Part shown: piece after piece, positions 39,231-49,288 of the stretch | Position numbering within the stretch: position 1 is the first letter of the stretch | How the letters are laid out: each line of letters starts with the position of its first letter | Assembly: GCA_963790205.1 (NCBI GenBank) | Contig: CAWBNQ010000003.1 | Location: 640,001 to 704,000 of the forward strand | Direction: 5' to 3' | DNA length: 64,000 bases | Source: Nitrospirota bacterium | Lineage (GTDB): Bacteria; Nitrospirota; UBA9217 | Notes under the pieces: model-generated | Told to the model about the DNA's origin: nothing | Seen by the model: the letters and a program-made list of their open reading frames with translations, nothing else | The model's database searches: none | Translations under genes and position numbers: made by a program

Positions 39231-40297
39231 TAATGCTTTGCCGATGCCGGCTCCCCGATCAGTTCATCACCCTTGAATTTCCATCCTGCATTTCTGAGAC
39301 GGTTTTGGGAAACAAATCCGAACCTGTCCGCATTAAGCTTCTCGAATTCCTTCTTCATATATTCGACGAGTTGATTCGCGTGCTTGTTCTCTACATTTTT
39401 CCCCACCCAGGTAGTAAGGCTGTAGGTGCGGTAAAAGGGGTACTTTAGGGATGCGAGCGCGGCCGAATCGCTGGGAAGAAATCCGTCTATCCTGAGCGGC
39501 TTCACCGTGCCCATGTTCCTGTACTTTTCAACCATCGTGAGCACTTCCCAGCCGATGGCGTTGCGCGATGAGGCCACCTGAGCGATCATGTCCGGGATGG
39601 AGCCGACCTCTTGGAGCCGCGGACTGAACTCTCTGTCGGTATCGAGCAACTGGCGCCAGTGGCCGGGCCGTTTCTGGCAGTGAAGCCTTGCGATCGCCTT
39701 GATCGTCCGGTCCGGACCGGGGACGCCGCGTGAAGTTTTGATCTCGGACCAGCGAAACAACTTGCCGCGGTATATATTGCGGAGCTGTGACGAGGAAACA
39801 TTGTCCACCGGATTGTCCGGATTGACAAAGAACGCTGTGGCCACGATGCCCATGGTGTGGAACCGCACGCCCGGCAGTCGGTCTTCGGCGCCCGGCGGGC
39901 AGCAGAATCCGCCCATGTCCACTGATTTTTTGCCGAGCATTCCCGCTGCAATGCCGCAGGTGCCTTCCTTCACGAAGATCTTCAGATTGTTGTCCTTGCC
40001 GAATTTCCGGATAATGGGCAGGAGCGTGTAATAGATGTCCTGGTCCATGACAATGGACAAATCCGCGTCCGCGCGCTCGGCTTCCCTCTCGTAGACAATG
40101 CGCTTGTCAATCCAATCGCCGGGCATGGGGAATTGTTTGGACGGATCCGTAAAGGTTTCGCCGCGGAGGTTGTTATCAGCGTCGTGCGCGATCGCAACGG
40201 CGCCTGCCAGAAACACCATGAACAGCAGCATGCGCATAATAAGCGTGGAGTGGTATTTCAGGTTTTTTTTCATATGTATCTTCCTCAAATGTTTCAC
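39230..40297 (-). CDS. PstS-like periplasmic binding (PBP) domain protein
   Basis: FVNPDNPVDNVSSSQLRNIYRGK..WSE; YPFYR; overlaps the kinase start. Confidence 0.8.
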   Translation of the reverse strand: MKHLRKIHMKKNLKYHSTLIMRMLLFMVFLAGAVAIAHDADNNLRGETFTDPSKQFPMPGDWIDKRIVYEREAERADADLSIVMDQDIYYTLLPIIRKFGKDNNLKIFVKEGTCGIAAGMLGKKSVDMGGFCCPPGAEDRLPGVRFHTMGIVATAFFVNPDNPVDNVSSSQLRNIYRGKLFRWSEIKTSRGVPGPDRTIKAIARLHCQKRPGHWRQLLDTDREFSPRLQEVGSIPDMIAQVASSRNAIGWEVLTMVEKYRNMGTVKPLRIDGFLPSDSAALASLKYPFYRTYSLTTWVGKNVENKHANQLVEYMKKEFEKLNADRFGFVSQNRLRNAGWKFKGDELIGEPASAKH

Positions 40298-40626
40298 ATA
40301 AATTTATTGTAACACTGCATACGGACAATTTCACCATTTTCATGCGTTGAGAACGATTTTCCGGGAGAGGCTAAAGCCCCCAAAGCGGCACGAGATGAGC
40401 TTTCTTCCTGAAGGCAGGACGAAGAATGAACAGTGAGAATAATACTTTAGATAGCCATCATGCTCCAGGGTATTCTGCATCCCACAATAGGCCGCGAGGA
40501 AATGAGCTTTTTTATATAGCGAAAAAAAACACGAGGGAGTATTATTCAAGGGCTGTAACGAAAAATCCGGGACAGCGGGGCCGTCCTGCGCAATGAAAAC
40601 AATACGCCTTCTCAGGTTGCCAAACT

Positions 40627-41958
40627 ATGAATGCATTCAACATCAGGATTCTGATAGCAGACGATGAAAAAAACCTGAGAACGGTCCTGGCGAAGGAGCT
40701 TTCCGATGAAGGGTATGAGGTGCGCGAGACGGACAACGGATCGGCGGCGGCGGGATTGCTGGAAAAAGATGAATACGACGTGCTGCTTCTCGACCTGAAC
40801 ATGCCCGGAATGGACGGCATGGAGGTCCTGAAAAAAATAAAGTCCCTGGAACTGTCCACCGAAGTGATCATCCTTACCGGCCACGGCACCGTGTCCACGG
40901 CCGTGCAGGCCATGAAGCTGGGCGCCTACGACTACCTTACCAAGCCGTTCAAAACGGAAGAGCTCAAGGCGATCGTCGAGAAGGCGTACGAGAAGAAAAA
41001 AATCCTGAGCGAAAACCTGCGGCTCAAAACGCAGATAAAACGGCAGTCGGAAACCCAGGGAATCGTCACGGAGAGCCACCTCATGCGTGAGATCCTGGAG
41101 ACTGTGAAGAAGGTCGCGGTATCGGACTTCCCCATCGTCATCTACGGCGAAAGCGGCACGGGCAAGGAACTCGTCGCCCGGGCGATCCATGACGCCTCTC
41201 CCCGGGCTGACGGTCCTTTCATTCCCCTCAACTGCGGGGCGATTCCCGAGACGATGATCGAGAGCGAGCTCTTCGGCCACGAAAAGGGCGCGTTTACCGG
41301 GGCCCATGAGAAAAAACTGGGGCTCCTGGAGATCGCCGGCAACGGGACCCTTTTTCTCGACGAGATCGGAGAGCTGCCGATGCCGCTCCAGGTAAAACTC
41401 CTCCGGGTGATCGAGACATCGCGGTTCTTCAGGGTCGGCGGCGTCAAGGAAGTACGGGTCAGCGTGAAGTTCATCTCCGCGTCCAATAAGGACATAAAAG
41501 CGGAAGTTGAAAAGGGCGCCTTCCGGGCCGACCTCTACTACCGGATCAGCGCGCTGACGCTCCATATCCCTCCTCTCCGGGAGCGCAGGGAAGACATCCC
41601 CGTCCTTATCGAGCACTTCAGAAGTAAAAATCCAGCCTTCAAGCACAAACAGTTCAGTAACGATGCGCTCAATGTCCTTTCCCTATATGCCTGGCCCGGG
41701 AACGTGCGGGAGCTGCAGAACGTGGTGCACCGGACCCTTCTGCTGTCCCATGACGACGTGATCGTCGAATGCGACCTCCCGGCGGACCTGGTAGGGTGCC
41801 GCAAGGAGAGCAGCAAGCGGCTCGTTGACATGGAAAAAGAGCACATCCTCTCGGTGCTCAGGGACGCGGACGGCCACCGGGGCAGGGCCGCGGAAATCCT
41901 GGGCATCGACCCCAAGACCCTCTACCGGAAGCTCCAGGACTACGGAGTGAAAGGATGA
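40627..41958 (+). CDS. Sigma-54-dependent response regulator (NtrC/AtoC family)
   Basis: REC domain, GESGTGKE, GAFTGA, WPGNVREL, Fis-type HTH. Confidence 0.95.
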   Translation: MNAFNIRILIADDEKNLRTVLAKELSDEGYEVRETDNGSAAAGLLEKDEYDVLLLDLNMPGMDGMEVLKKIKSLELSTEVIILTGHGTVSTAVQAMKLGAYDYLTKPFKTEELKAIVEKAYEKKKILSENLRLKTQIKRQSETQGIVTESHLMREILETVKKVAVSDFPIVIYGESGTGKELVARAIHDASPRADGPFIPLNCGAIPETMIESELFGHEKGAFTGAHEKKLGLLEIAGNGTLFLDEIGELPMPLQVKLLRVIETSRFFRVGGVKEVRVSVKFISASNKDIKAEVEKGAFRADLYYRISALTLHIPPLRERREDIPVLIEHFRSKNPAFKHKQFSNDALNVLSLYAWPGNVRELQNVVHRTLLLSHDDVIVECDLPADLVGCRKESSKRLVDMEKEHILSVLRDADGHRGRAAEILGIDPKTLYRKLQDYGVKG

Positions 41959-44900
41959 GCATCGGGAGAAAGTTCGCCCTCTGGATCGTATCGATTCTGC
42001 TGGCCGTCAGCGCGGTGACGGCATACGTTTTCTACACGATTGAGCTCCGGGAAGAGACGGCGAAGCTCGACCTATTCGGACGGATGGCAGGCCGCATCAT
42101 CGAAGAAAGCCTCATCACGTTCATGCAGAGGCGGGACAATCCCGGGCTCAGCAAAAAACTGGATGACGTCAAAAAGAATGCGGAGACCATCAGCGGGATA
42201 CTGCTGCTGAACAGAGACGGCGTTGTCAAAGCCGCGACAAACAAAGAACTGATCAATAAAAAATTTGAAATTCACGACGCAGGGCGACGGGAGTATCATG
42301 AAAGAGGGATCAAGGGGCTCTCCGCGAACGAAGGGAGCACCTATCGCTGGGCGTCTCCCGTAGAAAACAAACCGGCATGCCAGGCCTGCCACCTGTCCTC
42401 GGTAAAGAACAACGGCGTGCTCGTCATTGATTTTTCCGTTGCCGAATTTAAACGGCATGTCCGGGAGGAACTGGTTAAAGGATTTGTCATCTTCAGTTCT
42501 TCCACGGTCCTCATGGGCATTATCATGGTTTTATTATCCAGGGCGCTCGTCACCCGCAGGCTGGAACGCATGGGCGCAGCGATGAAGGGCTTTCAGCATG
42601 GCGGGTCATCGGTGTTCGCGCCGGTAGAAGGCAACGATGAGATCACGCAGTTGGAAACCGGCTTCAATGATCTGGCGCATGCGATCACGACCCGGGAGCG
42701 GGAAAAGAGCGGGCTGGTCGACCGGCTCAACGCCGCGAATGACCAGTTGCAGCGCGAGATCGCCCAGCGGATACGGTGGGAGCGGATGCAGCAGGAGCAG
42801 CTGCAATTCCTCCAGCTCCTGATTGATACTATTCCGATGCCGGTGTTCTATAAGGACAGGGACGGCGTGTATCTGGGCTGCAACAAGACCTTCCTGGAGT
42901 ATATCGGCCTGACAAAGGACAAAATCGTCGGCAAGACCGTGTACGACATCGCCCCGAAGGAGCTTGCGGATGCATATTATCTCAAGGACAAGGGGCTGTT
43001 CGACCGTCCCGGCGTACAGGTATACGAATATTCCGTCAAGCACGCGGACGGGACCATGCGCGACGTCATCTTCAATAAGGCCACGTACACCGATACCCTG
43101 GGAAATACGGCCGGCCTGGTCGGCGCCATGCAGGACATCACGGAACGGAAGCGGTCGGAGAATGAGGTCCAGGAGGCGCTCCACAAAATCGAGGCGGTGA
43201 TCAATGCGACGCCGCTCGCCATTCAGGCGCTCGATACCGAAGGCGTTGTCATGATGTGGAACCCCGCTGCGGAACGCATTTTCGGCTGGACCGCGGCGGA
43301 GGCCGTCGGGAGATACAACCCCATCGTCCCGGACGACAAACGGGAGGAGTTCAGGCGGATCCGGGACCGGGCCATGAACGGAGAGCCGGCCGCCGGCGTG
43401 GAGATCCTGCGGCGGAGAAAAGACGGAACGCTCATCGACCTGAGCGTGTCCACCGCCCCCCTGCGGGACGCCCGCAAACGCATCATCGGCATCGTGGGCG
43501 TGCTCGAGGACATCACCGAGCGTAAACGTCTCGAGCAAAAACTGGCGCAGAGCGAGGGGCGCCTCCGCGCCATCATCGACACCGAGCCGGAATGCGTGAA
43601 GCTCATCGCGGCAGACGGCGCTCTTCTCGAAATGAACCCCGCGGGACTAGCGATGATCGAGGCTGATTCATTGGACCAGGTTGTGGGCCAACGGATATCA
43701 TCGCTCGTTGCGCCCGAGTACCATGCCGCATTCGAAACGCTTTCCGAGAAGGCGTTCCGGGGAGAGTCAGGCACGCTCGAATTCGAGATCGTCGGACTGA
43801 AAGGGACCCGCCGGTGGCTTGAAACACATTCTGCCCCCTTGCGGAACGCGCGGGGAGAGATTTTCGCCCTCCTGGGGGTGACCAGAGACATCACCGAACG
43901 CAAGAGAGCGGTACAGGTCATTCAACGGAACTACGATACCCAGACCGCAATCAACTGGATATTGCATATCTCCTTGGAAAATCTCCCCCTTGAGTCGGTC
44001 CTGAAGCAGGCGCTCGATCTCATACTCTCCATCCCCTGGCTTTCCATTGAATCACAGGGCAGCATCTTTCTGGTTGAGAGCGATCCGGACAAGCTCGTCA
44101 TGAAGGCCCAGAGGGGGCTGTCGGACTATCTCAAGGAAGAGTGCAGGGTCGTTCCGTTCGGCACGTGCCTGTGCGGCAGGGCCGCGGCCAGGGGAGAGGT
44201 CCAATTTGCCGATGCGCTCGACGACCGTCACGAAATCACTTACGACGGCATCGCCCCCCATGGGCACTACTGCGTTCCGATCATTCACGCAAAAGCGGTC
44301 CTCGGCGTGATCAATCTTTACCTGAAAGAGGGCCATCAGCGGGACCGGCGCGAAGTCGAGTTCCTCAGCGCCATAGCCGACGTCCTGGCAGGAATCATTC
44401 AACGCAAACGGGCCGAAGGGGAGCGCGAAAAGCTCATCAACGAACTCAAAAAACTGCTCGAGATCGTTTCCCGTTCTCAGACGGAATGGCGCGACACCTT
44501 TGACAGCATCACGGACATGATTTCCATCGTGGACCGGGATTTCACTATCCTGAAGGCCAACAAGGCGTTTTCAGCGTATTTCGGTCTTCGCCCCCCGGAC
44601 GTGATCAATAAAAAGTGTTATGAGCTTGTCCACGATGGCGATTCACCGATTCCGAACTGTCCTCATCTGAAGACGATGGCTGAAAAGAAACCGTCGGGAG
44701 AGGAGATCTTCGATAAGCGGACCAAAAGGACGTTCCGCATCTTCACCTTCCCCTATAATTCCCCGGACGGAGAGATCATCGGGTCGATCCATATCATGAG
44801 AGACATTACGGACGACAAGGAGCAGGAGATGCGCCTCATCACCAGCGAGCGTCTTGCCGCGCTGGGACAGATGGCCTCGGGCATCGCCCACGAGATCAAC

Positions 44901-45518
44901 AATCCTCTGGCCTCCATCGCGGGCTGTTCGGAGGGGCTCCTGTCGCGGGTGAAGAAGGGCCAGTGCGACAACGCCCTCTTCGAATCCTATCTGAGCATCA
45001 TCCAGGAGGAGGTGTTCAGGTGCAAGAGCATAACCACGGCAATGCTCTCTTTTGTGAGAAAGACGACGTATGAAAAGCAGGATATAAACCTGGCAGATGC
45101 CCTGGATAAGACCATTGAGATCATAGGCTTCCAGGGAAGGCTGAAAAACATCGAAGTCACAAGAAAGTATCATGAGCCGTCGCCGGTCATCAATGGTAAT
45201 GGAGGCGAAGTGAGGCAGGTCATGCTTGCCGTGATCACCAACGCCCTTGATGCCATGAACGACAAGGGCACGCTCACGCTCGAAACCGGGGCGCGGGAGA
45301 ACAGCGCAATCATCCGCATCAGCGATACCGGAGAGGGGATCTCCCCGGAAGTCATCACCAGGATCTTCGACCCCTTCTTCACCACCAAATCGGAAAGGGG
45401 GGGCACGGGGCTCGGCCTTTCCATCGCCCGCAAGATCGTCGCGAACCATAATGGACACATCGATGCCTCATCAACCCCCGGACAAGGGACGACGTTCACG
45501 ATAACATTTCCGCAGTAA
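41955..45518 (+). CDS. Sensor histidine kinase with periplasmic c-heme motif, HAMP, four PAS and a GAF domain
   Basis: CQACH between TM helices, repeated DITERK motifs, AHEINNPL, FDPFFTTK, GTGLGL. Confidence 0.93.
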   Translation: MSIGRKFALWIVSILLAVSAVTAYVFYTIELREETAKLDLFGRMAGRIIEESLITFMQRRDNPGLSKKLDDVKKNAETISGILLLNRDGVVKAATNKELINKKFEIHDAGRREYHERGIKGLSANEGSTYRWASPVENKPACQACHLSSVKNNGVLVIDFSVAEFKRHVREELVKGFVIFSSSTVLMGIIMVLLSRALVTRRLERMGAAMKGFQHGGSSVFAPVEGNDEITQLETGFNDLAHAITTREREKSGLVDRLNAANDQLQREIAQRIRWERMQQEQLQFLQLLIDTIPMPVFYKDRDGVYLGCNKTFLEYIGLTKDKIVGKTVYDIAPKELADAYYLKDKGLFDRPGVQVYEYSVKHADGTMRDVIFNKATYTDTLGNTAGLVGAMQDITERKRSENEVQEALHKIEAVINATPLAIQALDTEGVVMMWNPAAERIFGWTAAEAVGRYNPIVPDDKREEFRRIRDRAMNGEPAAGVEILRRRKDGTLIDLSVSTAPLRDARKRIIGIVGVLEDITERKRLEQKLAQSEGRLRAIIDTEPECVKLIAADGALLEMNPAGLAMIEADSLDQVVGQRISSLVAPEYHAAFETLSEKAFRGESGTLEFEIVGLKGTRRWLETHSAPLRNARGEIFALLGVTRDITERKRAVQVIQRNYDTQTAINWILHISLENLPLESVLKQALDLILSIPWLSIESQGSIFLVESDPDKLVMKAQRGLSDYLKEECRVVPFGTCLCGRAAARGEVQFADALDDRHEITYDGIAPHGHYCVPIIHAKAVLGVINLYLKEGHQRDRREVEFLSAIADVLAGIIQRKRAEGEREKLINELKKLLEIVSRSQTEWRDTFDSITDMISIVDRDFTILKANKAFSAYFGLRPPDVINKKCYELVHDGDSPIPNCPHLKTMAEKKPSGEEIFDKRTKRTFRIFTFPYNSPDGEIIGSIHIMRDITDDKEQEMRLITSERLAALGQMASGIAHEINNPLASIAGCSEGLLSRVKKGQCDNALFESYLSIIQEEVFRCKSITTAMLSFVRKTTYEKQDINLADALDKTIEIIGFQGRLKNIEVTRKYHEPSPVINGNGGEVRQVMLAVITNALDAMNDKGTLTLETGARENSAIIRISDTGEGISPEVITRIFDPFFTTKSERGGTGLGLSIARKIVANHNGHIDASSTPGQGTTFTITFPQ

Positions 45519-45649
45519 CATCGTCTCCTTGTTCATTTTCTCCTCTTCTTTTCACTCCATCGGGCATACTGCCCATCCAGTCAGACATCTTGCCTGACCG
45601 CCGCGTCATTCCCGACAATAAAGCATCATTAAATCACGATGTTCTGTTC

Positions 45650-45665
45650 CGGCATTTCTCTTGCT
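45650..45665 (+). promoter_or_regulatory. Sigma-54 (-24/-12) promoter
   Basis: CGGCATTTCTCTTGCT: GG-N10-GC spacing, 32 bp upstream of the operon. Confidence 0.7.
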
Positions 45666-45697
45666 ATTCACTATCATCATAACCGGAGGTATCGGCC

Positions 45698-45928
45698 GTG
45701 AGATATCAGTTGCAAGATCCTTTCAGTGACGTCATCGAAGCAGCAAAAGAGGCCGGGATCCGGCAGACCCTGACCCTCGATGGACAAGAAAGGGTCGTGA
45801 ATTATTTTCTGCGTGATTTCGACTCGTTGATCAAGGAAGCCCGCCGGCTGAGGTTTTCTCCTTATGATGACGTTGTACGCATCCGGCAAGCGGCCGCCGC
45901 AACGGGAGTGAGGAGGAGCAGAGCATGA
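45698..45928 (+). CDS. Hypothetical protein
   Basis: GGAGG RBS, GTG start, ATGA overlap with the next gene. Confidence 0.65.
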   Translation: MRYQLQDPFSDVIEAAKEAGIRQTLTLDGQERVVNYFLRDFDSLIKEARRLRFSPYDDVVRIRQAAAATGVRRSRA

Positions 45929-46296
45929 AGATGAACTGCTGGGAGTTTAAAAAGTGCGGGAGGCAGCCGGGAGGCCCGAAGGCGGCTGAACTGGGCGTCT
46001 GCCCCGCGGCCGTAAGTGCGGTTTTGGACGGGGCCCACGACGGGCAGAACGCGGGCAGGGCGTGCTGGGTCGTTGCGGGGTCCCTCTGCGGAGGCAAGAT
46101 CCAGGGCACCTACGCCAAGAAATTGGTGAATTGCTGGAGATGCGAATTTATGAACAAGGTAAAACAGGAGGAAGAACCCGCTCAGTTTGGTTTTTCGCAT
46201 ACCCGTCTCGGGATGGAGCGGAGCCTCGAGCGGCAGAAGCAGGAACGGGCGCCCGGCCATGAAACCGCCGGCAGTCGCCAGCTTGTCAAGAAATAG
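45925..46296 (+). CDS. Small Cys/Trp ('two-CW' domain) protein
   Basis: NCWEFKKCGR..CPA..GRACWVVAGSLCGG..CWRCEF. Confidence 0.85.
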   Translation: MKMNCWEFKKCGRQPGGPKAAELGVCPAAVSAVLDGAHDGQNAGRACWVVAGSLCGGKIQGTYAKKLVNCWRCEFMNKVKQEEEPAQFGFSHTRLGMERSLERQKQERAPGHETAGSRQLVKK

Positions 46297-46333
46297 GCGC
46301 CGTCACGGGCCTGAAAGGCAAGGGAGAGAAGAC

Positions 46334-46657
46334 ATGAAAAAGAGGAATTGCTGGGAGTTTAAACAGTGCGGCAGGGAGCCGGGGGGCAAGAAGGCCGAAG
46401 AGCTGGGTGTATGCCCCGCTTCGTTGGATGACCGGCTCGAGGGCATACACGGGGGGAAGAACGCCGGACGCGCGTGCTGGGTGCTGGCGGGCACGCTCTG
46501 CGGCGGAAAGCCCCAGGGGACGTATGCCAGTAAACACAAGAACTGTCAGCTCTGCGATTTTTACCGCGCAATAAAGGACGAGGAGGGGATGGACTTTCAG
46601 CTGTCGATCGTGCTCCTTCGAAGGCTGGAGACCGGCCTTGTCCCCGCGGGACAGTGA
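46334..46657 (+). CDS. Small Cys/Trp ('two-CW' domain) protein, paralog
   Basis: NCWEFKQCGR..CPA..GRACWVLAGTLCGG..CQLCDF. Confidence 0.85.
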   Translation: MKKRNCWEFKQCGREPGGKKAEELGVCPASLDDRLEGIHGGKNAGRACWVLAGTLCGGKPQGTYASKHKNCQLCDFYRAIKDEEGMDFQLSIVLLRRLETGLVPAGQ

Positions 46658-46704
46658 GCGCGCGCCGGAGGCGGGTGAAGAACAATACATCTGGAGACAG
46701 GAGA

Positions 46705-48696
46705 ATGGGACTGAAGATCGGGACAAAACTCACGATCGCTTTTATGGGAATTGTTTTTCTTCTTTTGACCGTCAGTATCGTGGCGTACGTGAACCTGGGG
46801 AACATGGCCAAAAGCTCGGAGCAGGTGTCGGCGGCCGGCGAGATCAGAAATGCCTGTACCGCCCTGGCCAGGGACTTCATTCGCGAGCAGGACGGGTTTA
46901 CCGACTATGCACTGACCAGGAATCCCGAAGGAAAGAAAGAGACAACCGGGGACGGCGAGCTTGTAAAAAAGGACATTGAAAAACTGAAGGAGCTTCTGGG
47001 GGGAACGGGAGAGGCGGTCTCTTTCGATGACATCGTGAACGTTCACCGGGCCTTTGAAACCACGGGCGAGTTGATGGCGGCCCTCTCTTTTCAGGGAAAA
47101 CCCGAGGCGGCCGATGCCGCCATGAAAAAGTTCAACGGCGTTATTACGACCGTCGAGAAAGAGATGTTGAAACTCGATGCATTTGCAAACAGGAACAGCG
47201 CGGACGCCGTCACAGCGGCCGCTGATGCGAAGAGAACGGCAAATACCCTGATTCTCTCCCTGACGATCGTGTCGGTTATAATCGGCATGAGCCTGGGGAT
47301 ATTCCTTTCGCGGTCCCTTGTCGGGCCCGTGGTCGAGGTCGCCGGCATCGCGCAGAGAATTTCCGGGGGAGACATCGATCAGGAGGTCAGGATCCGGCGA
47401 GGGGACGAGATCGGGGCGCTGTCCGATTCATTCAGAAACATGATCTCTTACCTCAAGGACATGGCGCATACGGCCGAGGCCATTGCCCAAGGCGACCTTC
47501 GCGTAACGGTGGCGCCGAAGTCGGACAGGGATGTGCTCGGAAATGCTTTTTCGATAATGATCGACGGCCTCCGGGGCGTCGTCTGCGATATCAGAAACGG
47601 CGCCGAGCAGATGTCGTCCGCCGCTGTCCAGATCGCATTAACTTCGGAACAGGCGGCAAAAAACAACGAGGCTGCTGCGGCCGGGGTGGAGGAGACCACG
47701 TCCACCATGCATGAGATGTCGGCGAACATTTATAACGTGGCAAGGAACTCGCAGAGCCGGACATCGTCAGTGACGGAAACCTCGGCGTCGGTGGAGCAGA
47801 TGGTTGCCTCGATCCGGCGGATCGCGGACACCGCGAAGCTGTTCGTCGAGCTGTCGCATATATCGAAGGCGGCCGTGAAAAACGGTCTCAAGGCGATGGA
47901 CAAATCCGACAAAGGGTCCATCCAGATCACCCATACCGTGACCAAGTCCGCCGACATGATCTCCACCCTCGGGTCGCGGGTCGAGGACATCGGCAAGATC
48001 GTGGACGTGATCGATGACATAGCTGAACAGACCAATCTTCTCGCCTTGAACGCGGCCATCGAGGCCGCGCGGGCCGGCGAGCAGGGCATGGGCTTCGCGG
48101 TCGTGGCCGAGGAAGTGGGAAAACTCGCGGAGCGCTCGGGAACATCGACGAAGGAAATAGCGAAATTAATTTCCGGCATCCAGGCAAAAACCAGGGAAGT
48201 GGTCGAGCAGATGGGGAAGACCATTCTGATCGTGAGCGACGCCGCGGAAAGCAACAAGGAGGTCGGTCGCTCTCTCAAGGACATAGAAGGCAACGTAACG
48301 GAAGTGGACCGGTACGCCAGGGAGATCAGCGCGGCGACGCAGGAACAGTCCAGCGGGAGCTCCCAGATCGCGAAGGCCGCGGGGAGCCTCAGGGAGGTCA
48401 CGCACGAGATCAGCTCAGCGGCCGAGGAACAGGCGTCGGCGGCCGAGCAGATCGTAAAGACCATGGAGAAGATGCGCGAGATGGTCCACCAGAACGCCTC
48501 GGGGTCGACAGAACTCGCCTCGTCGGCCGAACAGCTTCGTTCCCAGGCGGACCAGTTTCAGGAACTTGTCGGGAAGTTCCTGCTCGACGGCGAAGACCGG
48601 CCGGAAAGGTCTTTTAATAAAATCGGTACAGGGTTGCATCCGGGCGACAATGGTCCCGGGAAGGCTTCACGGCGAGCATTGCCAACGGCCGCCTGA
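46705..48696 (+). CDS. Methyl-accepting chemotaxis protein 1
   Basis: Two TM, two [34 protein letters not shown]. Confidence 0.93.
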   Translation: MGLKIGTKLTIAFMGIVFLLLTVSIVAYVNLGNMAKSSEQVSAAGEIRNACTALARDFIREQDGFTDYALTRNPEGKKETTGDGELVKKDIEKLKELLGGTGEAVSFDDIVNVHRAFETTGELMAALSFQGKPEAADAAMKKFNGVITTVEKEMLKLDAFANRNSADAVTAAADAKRTANTLILSLTIVSVIIGMSLGIFLSRSLVGPVVEVAGIAQRISGGDIDQEVRIRRGDEIGALSDSFRNMISYLKDMAHTAEAIAQGDLRVTVAPKSDRDVLGNAFSIMIDGLRGVVCDIRNGAEQMSSAAVQIALTSEQAAKNNEAAAAGVEETTSTMHEMSANIYNVARNSQSRTSSVTETSASVEQMVASIRRIADTAKLFVELSHISKAAVKNGLKAMDKSDKGSIQITHTVTKSADMISTLGSRVEDIGKIVDVIDDIAEQTNLLALNAAIEAARAGEQGMGFAVVAEEVGKLAERSGTSTKEIAKLISGIQAKTREVVEQMGKTILIVSDAAESNKEVGRSLKDIEGNVTEVDRYAREISAATQEQSSGSSQIAKAAGSLREVTHEISSAAEEQASAAEQIVKTMEKMREMVHQNASGSTELASSAEQLRSQADQFQELVGKFLLDGEDRPERSFNKIGTGLHPGDNGPGKASRRALPTAA

Positions 48697-48747
48697 CGCG
48701 ACCGGGACCGGAAGACATGCAAGTTTTGACCCAAGGAGGAATACAGT

Positions 48748-49230
48748 ATGGCTAAGAATCTTCAATTGGTCGTGTTCAACATCGGGAAAGAACTGTACGG
48801 CGTTGGCATCGACGCCGTCCACGAGATCGTAAAGGTCCCGGACATCACCGAAGTGCCGGATGCGCCGGCGTTTCTGCAAGGGGTGATCAACCTCAGGGGC
48901 AAGATCGTTCCCGTGGTCGATCTCAGGAAGCGGATGAAACTGGCCGAAAAGGAAAAGACGAAGGCATCGAGAGTGCTCATCACCGAGAACGACGGCCGCC
49001 TGGTCGGACTGCTCGTGGACGCCGTGTCCGAGGTCCTGAAGGTGACGCCGGAATCCGTGGAAGCGCCGCCGGAGATGATCTCGTCCATTGGTGTGGAGTA
49101 CATCACCGGTGTGGCAAAGGTGGGTGGGGGGCTCATAATCCTCCTGAACCTCAAAAAGGTATTCAGCGTCGAGGACATGAAAAAAGTCGGCGCCGTCGTT
49201 GAGAAAGTTGTTGAGCCGAAGGCCGCATAA
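48748..49230 (+). CDS. cheW: Chemotaxis coupling protein
   Basis: GVINLRGKIVPVVDLR, GLLVDAVSEV. Confidence 0.95.
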   Translation: MAKNLQLVVFNIGKELYGVGIDAVHEIVKVPDITEVPDAPAFLQGVINLRGKIVPVVDLRKRMKLAEKEKTKASRVLITENDGRLVGLLVDAVSEVLKVTPESVEAPPEMISSIGVEYITGVAKVGGGLIILLNLKKVFSVEDMKKVGAVVEKVVEPKAA

Positions 49231-49288
49231 AGGACAAGTTCAAGAACGTTTTTGAAAAGAAAAATCAATACGTCAGGGAGGAAATGCC

